Shown one piece after another: positions 49,771 to 63,707 of a DNA stretch of 64,000 bases. Source of the stretch: Pristiophorus japonicus (Eukaryota). Both the position numbers and the translations under genes were made by a program. Position 1 is the first letter of the stretch; every line of letters begins with the position of its first letter. Under the pieces are notes generated by a model, which saw only the letters and a list, made by a program, of their open reading frames with translations, was not told where the DNA came from and searched no databases. The stretch is taken from positions 2,232,001 to 2,296,000 of the forward strand of contig NC_092010.1 in the NCBI RefSeq assembly GCF_044704955.1, in the 5' to 3' direction.

Positions 49771-52305
49771 TAGAAACATAGAAAATAGGTGCAGTAGTAG
49801 GCCATTCGGCCCTTCGAGCCTGCACCGCCATTCAATGAGTTAATGGCTGAACATGCAACTTCAGTACCCCATTCCTGGTTTCTCGCCATACACCTTGATC
49901 CCCCTAGTAGTAAGGACTACATCCAACTCCTTTTTGAATATATTAAGTGAATTGGCCTCAACAACTTTCTGTGGTAGAGAATTCCACAGGTTCACCACTC
50001 TCTGGGTGAAGAAGTTTCTCCTCATTTCAGTCCTAAATAGCTTACCCCTTATCCTTAGACTGTGACCCCTGGTTCTGGACTTCCCCAACATTGGGAACAT
50101 TTTTCTTGCATCTAACCTACCTAAACCCGTCAGAATTTTAAACGTTTCTATGAGATCCCCTCTCATTCTTCTGAACTCCCGTGAATACAAGCCCAGTTGA
50201 TCCAGTCTTTCTTGATATGTCAGTCCCGCCATCCCGGGAGCACCAAGGCCCTGTATAACGGTAGTTACACCTCCCTGCCCCTGCACTCAAATCCCCTCAC
50301 TATGAAGGCCAACATGCCATTTGCTTTCTTAACCGCCTGCTGTACCTGCATGCCAACCTTCAATGAGTGATGTACCATGACACCCAGGTCTCGTTGCACC
50401 TCACCTTTTCCTCATCTGTCACAATTCAGATAATAGTCTGTCTCTCTGTTTTTACCACCAAAGTGGATAACCTCACATTTATCCACATTATACTTCATCT
50501 GCCATGCATTTGCCCACTCACCTAACCTATCCAAGTCCCTCTGCAGCCTCATAGCATCCTCCTCGCAGCTCACACTGCCACCCAACTTTGTGTCATCCGC
50601 AAATCTGGAGATAGTACATTTAATCCCCTCCTCTAAATCATTGATGTACAATGTAAACAACTGGAGCCCAGAACAGAACCTTGCGGTACCCAACTAGTCA
50701 CTGCCTGCCATTCTGAAAAGTGCCCATTTACTCCTACTCTTTGCTTCCTGTCTGCAAACCAATTCTCAATCCACGTCAGCACACTACCCCCAATCTCATG
50801 TGCTTTAACTTTGCACATTAAGCTCTTGTGTGGGACCTTGTCGAAAGCCTCATGAAAGTCCAAATCCACTACATCAACTGGTTCTCCCTTGTTCACTCTA
50901 CTGGAAAAATTCTTTAAAAATTCCAGAAGATTTGTCAAGCATGATTTCCTTTTCACAAATCCATGCTGACTTGGACTTATCATGTCACCTCTTTCCAAAT
51001 GCGCTGCTATGACAATCCTTAATAATTGATTCCTTCATTTTACCCACTACCGATGTCAGGCTGACCGGTCTATAATTCCCTGTTTTCTCTCTCCCTCCTT
51101 TTTTAAAAAGTGGGGTTACATTGGCTACCCTCCACACCATAGGAACTGATCCAGAGTCTATGGAATGTTGGAAAATGACTGTCAATGCATCTGCTATTTC
51201 CAAGGCCACCTCCTTAAGTACTCTGGCATGCAGACAATCAGGCCCTGGGGATTTATTGGCCTTCAATCCCAACAATTTCACCAACACAATTTCCTGACTA
51301 ATAAGGATTTCCCTCAGTTCCTCCTTCTTACTCGACAATCTGACCCTTTTTATATCCGGAAGGTTGTTTGTGTCCTCCTTAGTGAATACCGAACCAAAGT
51401 ACTTGTTGAATTGGTCTGCCATTTCTTTGTTCCCCGTTTTGACTTCCCCTGATTCTGACTGCAGGGGACGTACGTTTGTGTTTATTAACCTTTTTCTCTT
51501 TCCATATCTATAGAAACTTTTGCAGTCCGTCTTAATGTTCCCTGCAAGCTTCGTCTTGTGCTCTATTTTCCCTACCCTAATCAAACCTTTTGTCCTCCTC
51601 TGCTGAGTTCTAAATTTCTCCCAGTCCCCGGGTTCGCTGCTATTTCTGGCCAATTTGAATGCCACTTCCTTGGCTTTAATACTATCCCTGATTTCCCTTG
51701 ACAGCCACGGTTGTGCCACCTTCCCTTTTGTATTTTTACGCCAGACAGGGATGTACAATTGTTGGAGTTTATCCATGCGGTCTCTAAATGTCTGACATTG
51801 CCCATCCACTGTCAACCCCTTAAGTATCATTCGCCAATTAACAACTCATACCTTCATAGTTACCCTTCTTTTAGTTCTAGACCATGGTCTATGAATTAAC
51901 AGTTTTATTCTCCATCCTAATGTCGAATTCCATCATATTATGGTCACTCTTCCCAAAGGGGCCTCGCACAACTAGATTGCTAATTAATCCTCTCTCGTTA
52001 CACATCATCCAGTCTAAGATGGCCTCGCCCATAGTTGGTTCCTCGACATATTGGTCTAGAAAACCATCCCTTATGCACTCCAGGAAAACCTCCTCCACTG
52101 TATTGCTTTCAGTTTGGTTAGCCCAATCTATATGCATATTCAAGTCACCCATGATAACTGCTGCACATTTATTGCATGCACCCCTAATTTCCTGTTTGAT
52201 GCCCTCCCCAACATCACTACGACTGTTTGGACGTCTGTAAACAATTCCCACTAACTTTTTTTGTCCTTTGGTGTTCTGCAGCTCTAACCATATACATTCC
52301 ACATC
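49771..52305 (-). mobile_element. Young CR1 LINE retaining part of the endonuclease domain and RT, with deletions
   Basis: IMGDLN and SDHN endonuclease motifs; KSPGPD, NYRPVSLTS, QHGF, RFADD; tail at 49771. Confidence 0.93.
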
Positions 52306-55253
52306 AGGGATATAGATCCCTGACGGTAGCAGGCCAGGTAGAAAAGGTGGTTAAGAAGACATATGGAATGCATGCCTTTATTAGCTGAGGCATAGAATAT
52401 AAGAGCCGGGTGGATATGCCTGAACTGTACAAAACAATGGTTAGGCTACAGCTGGAGTACTGCTACAGCTGGAGTACTGCATTCTGTTCTGGCCACCGCA
52501 TTACAGGAAGGACATGATTGCGCTGGAGACGGTACAGAGGAGATTTACGAGGATGTTGCTGGGAGTGGAGAATCTTAGCTATGGGGACAGATTTGATAGA
52601 CTGGGTTTGTTAGGAGGATGAGGGGAGACCTCATTGAGGTGTATAAAATTATGAGGGGCCTAGATATAGTGGATAGAAAGGGCCTATTTCCCTAAGCAGA
52701 GGAGTCAACAACCAGGGGTCATAAATTTAATGTAATTGGTAGAAGATTTAGAGGGGATTTTGGGAGAAATCTCTTCACACAGAGGGTTGTCGAGGCCTGG
52801 AACTCGCTGCCTGAAATGGTGGGAAAGGCAGAAACCCTCACCACATTTAAAAAGTACTTGGATGTGCACTTGAAGTTTTATAACCTGCAGGGTTATGGAC
52901 CTAGATGTGGAAAGTGGGATTAGGCTGGATAACCTCTTGTTGGCCGGAGCGGACACGATGGGCCTAAATGGCCTCCTTCCGTGCTGTAAATATCTATGAT
53001 TTTATGATTTTAAAGGATTAAGGGATATGGGAATAGGGTGGGAAAGCCATTCAACCATGATCTTACTGAGTGGTGGAGCAGGCTCGAGGGGCCGTGTTGC
53101 CTACTCCTGCTCCTATTTCTTATATTCTTCATTGACCACCTCACTCGATTACTCAGTGAGCTGCCATTGTCCAACTATCTATGGCACTCAATCAACTGCC
53201 ACTGCCCGGCTCCCATCAGCAATCACTAAGCTTCCACGTACAAGCTCTCCCAGTCACTGAATGGCACCCCCAGTATCCAATTCCCACCATAAATCAATGT
53301 TTCCAGTCTCCAATCTCTAACGGTCTCTGAATGAGCCCCAATTTTCCAAATCCCACAAATCAATGTTCCAATTGCCCAACTCTTTCCCTCATTCCATGAG
53401 ATCACTTTTTCTTTTTCACCACACACTCGGTGAGCTCTGCTTGGCCAGCTCTCTGCATCTGTCAATGGGCTCCCAATTGTCCAATTCTCTGAGTCATCCA
53501 ATAAGCTCCCATTTTCTAACTCTCATCATCAATCAGAACTCCAGTTCCAGCTATCGTTCCATCACTCAATCAGCCCCTATGAACGAGTTCCCGTTGTCCA
53601 TCTCTCCCTTCACACAATCATTTTCCACTTACCAGCTCTCTGGTCAAAAGGGTAAGTCTTGGTTGACCACCTCATTGAATTTTTTGAAGAGTTAAGAGAG
53701 AGTAGACAATAGAGATTCAGTAGATGTCATTTATCTAGATTTTCAAAAAGCTTTCGATGAGGTACCCCATAATAGACCAATGAACAAGGTCAGAGAATGT
53801 GGAGTCTGGGGACAAGTAGCAGTACAGATCGCTAGCTGGCTTCAAGACGGAAAGCAGAGAGTGAATGTAAAGGGTAGCTATTCGCAATGGCAGAAGGTGG
53901 GTATTGGTGTTCCACATCGATCAGTGCTGGGACCACTGTTGTTCACAATTTCTATTCACGATTTAGACCTTGGCATCAAAAATACAATTTCTAAATTTGC
54001 GGATGACACCAAATAGAGGGACAGTCAATACTTAGGAGGACTGTAACAAATTACAGGAGGATGTTAATAAATTTGCAGAATGTACATATAATTGGCAAAT
54101 TAAGTTCAACACAGATAAATGTGGGAGGAAGAATAGGGAGGTCCCTTATTACTTGGAAGGTACAAGTCTAGGTGGGGTTGAGGAACAAGGGGATCTCGGA
54201 GTACAAATACACAAATCGCTAAAGTAGTGATACAGGTGAGCAAGGTCATTAAAAAAAGCGAACCAAGCCTGATTTCTCGAGGTATAGAATGGAAAAGTAG
54301 GGAAGTTATGCTAAACCTGTTTCGAACTTTGGTTGGACCACACTTGGAGTACCGCGTACAGTTCTGGTCGTCATATTATAAAAAGTACATCGAGTAACTG
54401 CAGAGGGTGTAGAGAAGATTTACAAGGATGATAAAGAACTGCAGGGGTATACATATTAATTAAGGATGAACAGGCTGGGTCTCTTTTCTCTTGAAAAAAA
54501 GGCTGAGATGTGACCTGATAGAGGTCTTTAAAGCTATGAACGGTTTTGATAGGTTGGTACAGAGAGAATGGTTCCACTTGTGTGGAAGAGCATAACTGGA
54601 GGCCATCAATATAAGACAGTTACCAAGAAATCCAATGGGGAATTCAGAAGAAAATTCTTTACCCAAAGAGTGGTGGAACTCGCTACCACAGGGAGTGGTT
54701 GAGGCGAATAGTATCGATGCATTTAAGAGGATGCTAGACAAGCATATGAGGAGAAGGGAAAAGAGGGTTTTGCTGATAGATTTAGATGAGGAAAGACAAG
54801 AGGAGGCTCGAGAGGAGAATAAACGTCGGCATGGACTGGTTGGGCCGAAAGGCCTGTTTCTGTGCCGTTTCATCAATGTATTTTATCCCCACACACACAC
54901 ACACAAGACACAGACCGACACACACAGGCACAAGTACACACACAGCCACATACATCTGCACTTAGACTTTAAAACACACACACACTCACACAGTAGCTTG
55001 CACGCAGAAACATAATTTATGTACGCACACTAAACTGCACACGAGCACACACTCAGAAACACAGTCATACATATGCTTACACTCATTCACACACCAGCAT
55101 GCTCAAACAAATGCAGTCTCACACACACAGTCACACACACACACACACACACACACACTCTCACACACATACACCCACGCAGCCACACATTCACAGCTTG
55201 CCAGTCATTAAAGAGGATTTCCCTCATTTGGTGACTATCTGCTACTCACATAC

Positions 55254-55323
55254 CGGCCACACCGATGACTGCCAGGCAATGGTAGAACACGTCCTGCGCT
55301 AGTAAGAATGCCAAGCTTCCCAT
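55254..55323 (-). CDS. Gene B coding exon 1 (MGSLAFLLAQDVFYHCLAVIGVA)
   Basis: ATG at 55323, donor G|GTATGT at 55253; phase 1 matches the acceptor at 47683; intron 7571 bp. Confidence 0.9.
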
Positions 55324-57343
55324 CCTCGCAGTGAGTCAGTGACGTGTGTTGGAGCTGGAGACAGCAGCACACACTGACACACAGAGGCAGTGCTTTGGAA
55401 GTAGCCTCTATTACATGCTCAGGAGAATCTCCCAGTGAGACATCGAGCTCAGGGGGTGCCTGGTACCAGCTGCAGTCAATGCAGCCACACAATAGGTAGG
55501 GACCTTAACTATCCTAATCCACGGGGAGAGCTTACGTGGAGATTGCACTTTAATAACCTCAAACACACCCTGCAATAACAGAGTCACCGAGTAATATTCA
55601 GAAGGTTCAGAGGCGGTTTCAACTAAATGGTGTTATGTTGAGGCAGGTGCAGGAGAGTAGCACGTCCTGGGCTGCATATTGACAAATCCTTGAAGGTGGC
55701 AGAGCAACTTCATCAGGCGATTAAGAAAGTAGATGAAGACTTGCTTTTGTAAATAGGGACATTGGATTCTAAAACAAGGAAGACTTGTTAACCCTCTACA
55801 AAAAACCGGTTAGGCCTCAGCTGGAGAATTGTGTCCAATTCTGGTCACCGTTCTTTAGGAAGGATGTCAAGGCCTTGGAGAGGGTGCAGAGGCGGTTTGC
55901 AAGGATAATACCAGGGAGAGGAAGCTCAGTTACATTGAGAGATTTGAGAAGCTGGAATTGTTCTGCTTAGGGCAGAGAAGGTTAAGGACTGATCGAATAG
56001 CGATATTCAAAGTTACGTAGAGTTTTGATAGAGCAACTAGGGAAAAAGGGCTTCCTCTGGCAAGAGGGCCAGGAACCATCGGACATAGATTAAATTAATC
56101 GTCAAAAGATTTAGAGAGAAAATGAGGAGAAACATTTTAACACAGATGGTTGGTATGATCTGGAACACACTGTCTGAAAGGGTACTGGAATCAGATTCCA
56201 TAAAACAAAATAAAAAGAAAGACTTGCATTTATATAGCACCTTTCACGACCACCGGACGTCCCAAAGCGCTTTGCAGCCAATGAGGTACTTTTGAAATGT
56301 AGTCACGACTGTAATGTGGGAAACACCGGAGCCAATTTTTTGCATTGCAAGCTCCCACAAGTAGCAATGTGATAATGACCTGATAATTTATTTTAGTGAT
56401 GTTGATTGAGGGTTAAATATTGACCAGGAAACTGGGGAAAACTTTCCTGCTCTTCTTCGAAATAGTGCCACAAGATCTTTTACGTCCACCTTAGAGTGTA
56501 GACAAGGCCTCAGTTTAACATCTGGTCCTGAAAGACGGCATTTTATGCTCAAGTCCCTGGAGTGGGACTTGAACCTACCACCCTAGGAACTTTCACAGGA
56601 ACTTTCAAGCACATAGAAAGCCTCTAAATTGCAGAGAACCAATCTAATACAATCACAACATCGCCAGCAATAAAACCTTTCCTGTGTTTTTGCCGAGAGA
56701 AGCTGAGGGTCCCTTTAAATACCGTCTCCCCACTTGCACTGCCCGTGGTGTGTGGGCGGGATCAGGAACTGACAGCAGCAACAAGGGCCGAGACAGAAAT
56801 GGGAATTGGGGTCTTATCGTCACAGGCGGTCCATCGAACGAGGATGACTTGCTTCCACATGAGTTCATAGATGTTTCAATGAAGGACCCGATGTTCCCAT
56901 CCTGAACTCCAATTGAGGGAGTGAAAGATTCCTGTGCATGGATTTTTTTAACGTGTGGTGACCATTGCACATCAGCCACCACCCGAGTTTGACAGAGCTA
57001 GGTCTTGGTCCAGTGGCAAGGGTAAACCAGGACGACTGGAGACCAGCTCTGCTGGATGGACCTAGTACGCATACATATCACAGTGTGGGCCGGCCCGTGC
57101 TACCCCTGCGCTCTCAGCTCTTCGAGGCCCCATACCCTAATTTACCGCACCATCACCATGATCTCTTGCTGCTTCCCCACCGCAATCATTCGCCGCACCT
57201 CCGCCACAATTTCTCACCGCTCTTCCACCATAAACATTCACCGCACCTCCGCACCAAACATTCGCCAAACCTCCGGCACGATCACCCACCAAATCTCAGC
57301 CATGATCCCTCATCGCTCCTCCACCCCGATTACTCTTCGCAAG

Positions 57344-60300
57344 TGTCATGCATGTATGCTTGATTTTGCTAGCGACCAGTTGGTGCCACTGTTGGAGGTT
57401 ATTCGGCTGTGCACATCTATGTGTGGCCCAGATATAAAAAGCCAGCCATCTTATAGTGTAATCACTTTGGGCTTTAATAAAGTAGAGGCAGGTTTGTACC
57501 TGTTCTGAGATTACAGTATTCAGTCAATTGAGTTATTGAAGAAACAACATTTGGCGACGAGGTTACAAGAACCTTTGCATGCAAAAATGAGTACAATTGG
57601 AACTCTGGAGCGATTTGTGTAGGGAAAAGATTGGGCATACGTTATAGCCCGCTTGAACCAGTACTTCCTGGCCAACAAAATAGAGAAAGAGGCAGACACA
57701 GTTCGGCGCTGGGCGGTCCTCCTCATGGTTTCCGGTCGGAAAATCTATGGACTCATAAAGAATCTCCTCTCGCCCTTAAGTTCAACGGACAAGGACTATG
57801 AAACATTGTGTGCTCTGGTACGTGACCATCTCAAACCAGAAGAAGCTATCATCATTATTAAAAATGTAAACTTGTATATACTCTGTGCAGCCACAAGAGG
57901 GCTCATCCCCTGTAGTCCCAAGGGATCCCATAAGCCCTTTGGAGCACATTTATTTAAGGAGTCCTCACAGATTGGAGCGGCTCTCTGGAGACCTGCAATG
58001 AAGGACTAAGGTCACACTTTACTTTGAGCTCAAAGTATCCAGTCAGACTCTTTCTTCATACATAACAACTGGCGACAAGATACAGATCGTGAACCCAATG
58101 ATACAGACAACAGTGGGCATCCTGGAGAAATTCTCGGAGGGAGATGATTGGGAAACCTTTGTGGAGCGACTCGACCAATACTTCGTAGCCAATGAGCTGG
58201 AAGGAGAAGCGAACGATGCCAAACGAAGGGCGATTCTGCTCACCATCTGTGGGGCACCAACATAGGGCTTCGTGAAAAACTGCTTCCTCCAGCGAAAACC
58301 CACAGAGAAATCATATGATGATTTGTGCACACTGGTCCAGGAGCATTTGAACCTGAAGGAAAGCGTTTTGATGGTGATGTACTGGTTCTACACCGACAAA
58401 AGGTCTGAAGGCCAGGAAGTGGCAAGTTATGTCACCGAGCTAAGACGCCTTGCAGGACATTGCAAATTTGAAGGACATTTGGAGCACATGCTCAGAGTCA
58501 TTTTCGTACTTGACATTGGCCACAAAACAATACTTCGCAAATTCTTGACTGTCGAGACCCCAACCTTGATTAAGGCCACAGCGATAGCCCAGGCGTTCCT
58601 TGCCACCAGTGATAATACGAAGCAAATCTCTCAGCAAACAAATGCTGCTACAAGTACTTGAACGAAGTGATGTTGTTTTCAAATCGCAACCTACAGGGCA
58701 GGCCCCCACGCCAGCAGCTGCACATCCACAGATGTCTCAGAATCCACCATCAAGGGAGATGAATGGAAGGCCATCAACACCTTGTTGGCGCTGTGGGGGT
58801 GAGCATCGTTTCCATTGATGCTACTTCAAAGGGTACGTTTGCAAGGGCTGAAGAACAATGGGACACCTCCAACGTATGTGCAGGCGAGCTCTAAATCCTG
58901 TTAATCCTGCAAACCACCATGTTGCAGAGGAGGACAGATCCACGGCGGATGAGGATGAACCAGAGCCTCAGACCCAGGAAGCAGAGGTACATGGAGTGCA
59001 CACATTTACCACAAAGTGTCCCCCGATAATGCTGAATGTTGAACTAAATGGACTCCCGGTGTCAATGGAGCTGGACACAAGCGCGAGCCAGTCCATCATG
59101 AGCAAAAAGTCTTTCAAGAAATTGTGGTGCAGCAAGGCCTCAAGGCCAGTCTTATCTCCAATTCACACAAAATAAGAAGTTATACAAATGAACTGATTCT
59201 CGTAACCGGCACGGCCACTGTAAAGGTCTCCTACAATGGAGTGGTGCACTCTGGGTGGTACCGGGCGATGGTTCCACGCTGCTCGGCAGGAGCTGGCTGG
59301 GAAATATACGCTGGAACTGGGACGATGTGTGAGTGCTCTCGCCGGCTGATGACACTTCATGTGCCCAGGTCTTAAACAAATTCCACTTGCTGTTCGAACC
59401 AGCCATCGGGAAGTTCCAAGGAGCAAAAGTGCAGATCCACCTAATTCCAGCGGCGCAACCCATCCATCACAAGGCGAGAGCAGTACTGGACATGATGAGA
59501 GAAAGGGCAGAGATCGAGCTCGACCGGCTGCAAAGAGAGGGCATCATTTCACCGATCGAATTCAACGAGTGGGCCAGCCCAATCGTCCCAGTCCTCAAGG
59601 GAGATGGCACAGTCGGAATCTGTGGCGATTACAAAGTAACGATCAATCGTTTCTACCTTGAGGACCAATACCCACTACCAAAGGCCGACGACCTCTTTGC
59701 AAAGCTGGTGGGAGGAAAGACGTTCACGAAGCTGGACTTGACTTCAGCCGACATGACGCAGGAGCTGGAGGAATCCTCGAAGGGCCTCACCTGCATCAAC
59801 ACACACAAAGGTCTCTTCATTTATAACTGAATTCCAAACGGGCATCTATCAGTGGTGGCGATATTCCAAAGAAACATGGAAAGCTTACTGAAGTTGGTTC
59901 TGCACACAGTAGTCTTCCAGGACGACATCTTGGTCACAGGTCGGGACACAGTCGAGCATCTGCAGAACCTGGTGGAGATTCAACCGCGTGAGGCTCAGGT
60001 TAAAAAGCTCAGTGCGTTTTCCTGGCACCTGAAGTGGAGTTCCTGGGGACGAGATTAGCGGCGGATGGCATCAGGCCCATAGATTCAAAGATGGAGGCAA
60101 TCGAGAACGCAGCAATGCCACAGGACGTGATGGAGCTGCGGTCGTTTCTCAGACTCCTGAACTATTTTGGTAACCTCTTACCGAGTCTCAGCACACTGTT
60201 CGAACCACTGCATAACTTACTGCATAAAGGCGATGGATGGGTATGGGGCAAAAGCCAAGAAAATGTCTGTGTAAAAGCTAGAAAATTGTCATGCTCAAAC

Positions 60301-63300
60301 ACATTTCTTGTGTTGTATGATCCATGTAAGTGTTTGGTACTAGCATATGATGCATCTTCATATGGTGTCGGGTGTGTATTGCAACAAGCTAATGATTTTG
60401 GGACATTGCAACCGGTTGCTTACATATCCAGGAGTCTGCCTAAGGCTGAGAGAGCCTACTGCATGGTTGAAAAAGAAGCATTAGTGTGTGTCAATGGGGT
60501 AAAGAAATGCATCAATATCTGTTTGGGCTCAGATTTGAATTGGAAACTGACCACAAGGCACTCATATCCCTGTTTTCCGAGAGTAAAGGGATAAATACCA
60601 ACGCATCGGCCCGCATCCAGAGATGGGCGCTCACGTTGTCTGCAAACAACTGCACCATCCACAACAGGCCAAGCACAGAAAACTGTGCCGATGCTCTCAG
60701 TAGGCTGCCATTGTCCACCACGGGGGTGGAAATAGCGCAGCCTGCAGATTTAGTCATGGTTATGGAAGCACTTGAGAGTGAGCAATCACCCGTCACAGCC
60801 CGACAGATTAAAACCTGGACGAACCAGGACGCTTTACTGTCCCTTGTTAAAAACTGTGTCCTTCATCGGAGCTGGTCCAGTGTCTCAGTGGAAATGCAGG
60901 AAGAGATAAAGCTGTTCCAACGGTGCAAAGCTGAATTATCTATAGAGGCAGACCTCCTTCTGTGGGGTAATCGGGTCGTGGTTCCCAAGAAGGGCAGAGA
61001 GACCTTCATAAATGACCTCCACAGTACCCACCGAGGCATCATAATGATGAAAGCGATAACCAAATCTCATGTGTGGTAGCCCGTTATTGATGGGGACTTA
61101 GAGTCCTGCGTGCACAGATGCAACAAATGCTCGAAGCTCAGCAATGTACCCAGGGAGGTGCCACTCAGTTTATGGTCTTGGCCCTCCAAACCGTGGTCTA
61201 GGGTCCATATCGACTATTCATGCCCGTTCTTGGGGAAAATGTTCCTAGTGGTTGTAGATCCATACTTCAACTGGATTGAATGTGAGATAATGTCGGCAAG
61301 CACATCCGTTGCCACCACTGAAAGCCAGCGGGCCATGCTTCCCGCGCATGGCCTGCCCGATGACCTTGTGAGCAACAATGGGCCATGTTTTACCAGTGCT
61401 GAGTTCAAAGAATTTATGACACGCAACGGGATTAAACATGTTGCATCTGCCCCATTTAAACCAGCATCCATTGGTCAGGCAGAGATAGCAGTGCAAAACA
61501 TCATGCAAGGCTTGAAGAGGGTAACTGAAGGCTCACTGCAGACTCGCCTATCCCGAGTCCTGCTTAGTTACCGCACGAAACCCCAATCGCTAACCGGGAT
61601 CCCACCTGCTGAACTGCTCGTGAAAAGGGCACTTAAGACAAGACACTCGTTATTTCACCCCGATCGACAAGAACAGGTAGATTTCAGCCGGCCTCAACAC
61701 AGTCAGTATCATGATCGCGGAAATGTGTCACGTGAGATTGAAATCAATGATCTTGTATCTCTATTTAATTATGGACAAGGTCCCAAATGACTTCCCGGCA
61801 CTGTCGTGGCCAAAGAGGAGAGCAGGTTGTTTCGAGTCAAACTGTCAAATGGACTTATTCACCGGAAACACTTGGACCAAATCAAACTCAGATTCACGGA
61901 CTATCCTGAGCAACCCACTTTGGACCTTGCCTTCTTTGACCCCCCAACATACACACTAGTGGCAACCGACACCGCGTTTGGCCACGAAGCAGAACCCATC
62001 ATCCACAGCAACCCAGCAGAACTCATCACACCAGGCAGCCCAGCAAGGCCAGCTGCACAGCAGCCCAGCGAGGCCCAACAGACGACTCATCTATACCAGC
62101 ATTTGCCACGGGACGATCAACCAGGGCAAGAAGGGCCCAGATCGACTCACCTTGTAAATAGTTGCACTGTTGACTTTGGCGGGGAGTGTTGTTATATATG
62201 TAAACTTGCATATACGCTGTACAGCCACGAGAGGGCTCATCCCCTGGAGTCCCAAGGAATCTCACAATCCCTTGAAAGCACAGGTATTTAAGGAGACCTC
62301 ACAGGTTGGAGAGGCACTCTGGAGACCTGCAATAAAGGACTAAGGTCACACTTTACTTTGAGTTCACAGTATTCAGTCAGACTCTTTCTTCATACAAAAC
62401 AATCATCTCATGATATCGATTCTACACGCACGTTCGTTCTGAGGACCATTGCCGAATTAAGACGTCTAGCTGGACCGTGTATGTTTGAAACTGCATTGGC
62501 AGACATGCTGCGGGACTTCTTTGTAGTCGTCATCAACCACGTAATGATCCTACGTAAGCGACTGGTGGCGGAGATGCTGGATTTGAGCAAGACCATCACG
62601 AATGCCCAATCATGCATGATGACAGACAAAAGCTGAAAGCAGATATCATTGAAAAATCGGAACTCGGCAAGTACTGTAAACAAGATAGTATCGTCGTTTG
62701 GCGGAGCTCCATATGGCAGGGCCTACCCGACTGCATATGTGAAACCTGTGGCTGCTCACCGTCCGCCAATGGGAATGCATCCAATATCACCATGTTGGCG
62801 TTGTGGGAGAAATCATCGGTATCATCAGTGTCGGTTTAAAGAGTATATTTGTAAAGGCTGTTCGAGAGTGGGGCATCTCCGCAACTGAGCAAGCGTGCTG
62901 CGACACATCACATGGAGGATGACGACAAGTCTAGCGCGGATCCGGATATGCAATCCAAGATACAAGAGGAGGAAGTGTATGGACTGTATTCATTCCTAAC
63001 AAAGAGCCAGCCGATAATGATTAATATAAAACTTAATGATGTGCCAGTATGAATGAAATTGGACGTGGGTATGAGTCAATCAATAATGAGCCAGAGGACA
63101 TTCGACAGGCTGTGGGATACTAAGGCTGTGAGGCCGAAGCTGAGTCAATGCCAGTCAATGCCAAGTTGCATACGTACACTAACAAACTCATAACAGTGAT
63201 TGGCAGTGCAGTAATCAAGGTGCCGTATGATGGTGTGGTTCACAATGTACCATTATAGATTGTTCCAGGCAATGGTCCATCGCTGTTCGGCAGGAACTGG

Positions 63301-63707
63301 TTGGAAAAAATCAAATGGAACTGGAACCAGATCAAAGTGTTGTTGTTGGAGGAGAATACTCCATGTGCTCAAGTGCTGAGCAACTCCCCTCGCTGTTAAA
63401 GCCAGGCATCGGTAATTTCACAGGAGCCAAGATGCAGATCCACATGGACTCGGATGCAAGACCCGTCCATCATAAAGCTCGGGCAATTCCGGACATGATG
63501 AGGGAGAAAGTCGAAATCGAACTGGACAGACTCTAGCGTGAAGGAAACTTATCACTGGTCAAATTTAACGGATGGGCCAGCCCCATTGTTCCCATGTTGA
63601 AAAGTGATGGCACTGTCAGGATTTGAGGAGACTACAAGGTTACGATCAATCGAGTTTCGAAACAGGATCAATACCCGTTACCGAAGGCTGATGACCTGTT
63701 TGCAACA
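57344..63707 (+). mobile_element. Outer Gypsy element, unit 3 copy (5' LTR 57344-57549)
   Basis: Colinear with 2201-8528. Confidence 0.88.
57856..62401 (+). mobile_element. Inner Gypsy element, unit 3 copy (LTRs 57856-58067 and 62190-62401)
   Basis: TSD ATCAT at 57851-57855 and 62402-62406. Confidence 0.95.

Larger units (their letters stand above)
31682..55124. repeat. Tandem segmental duplication unit 2 (no ERV)
   Basis: Offset 31,681 from unit 1 and 23,443 to unit 3. Confidence 0.93.
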
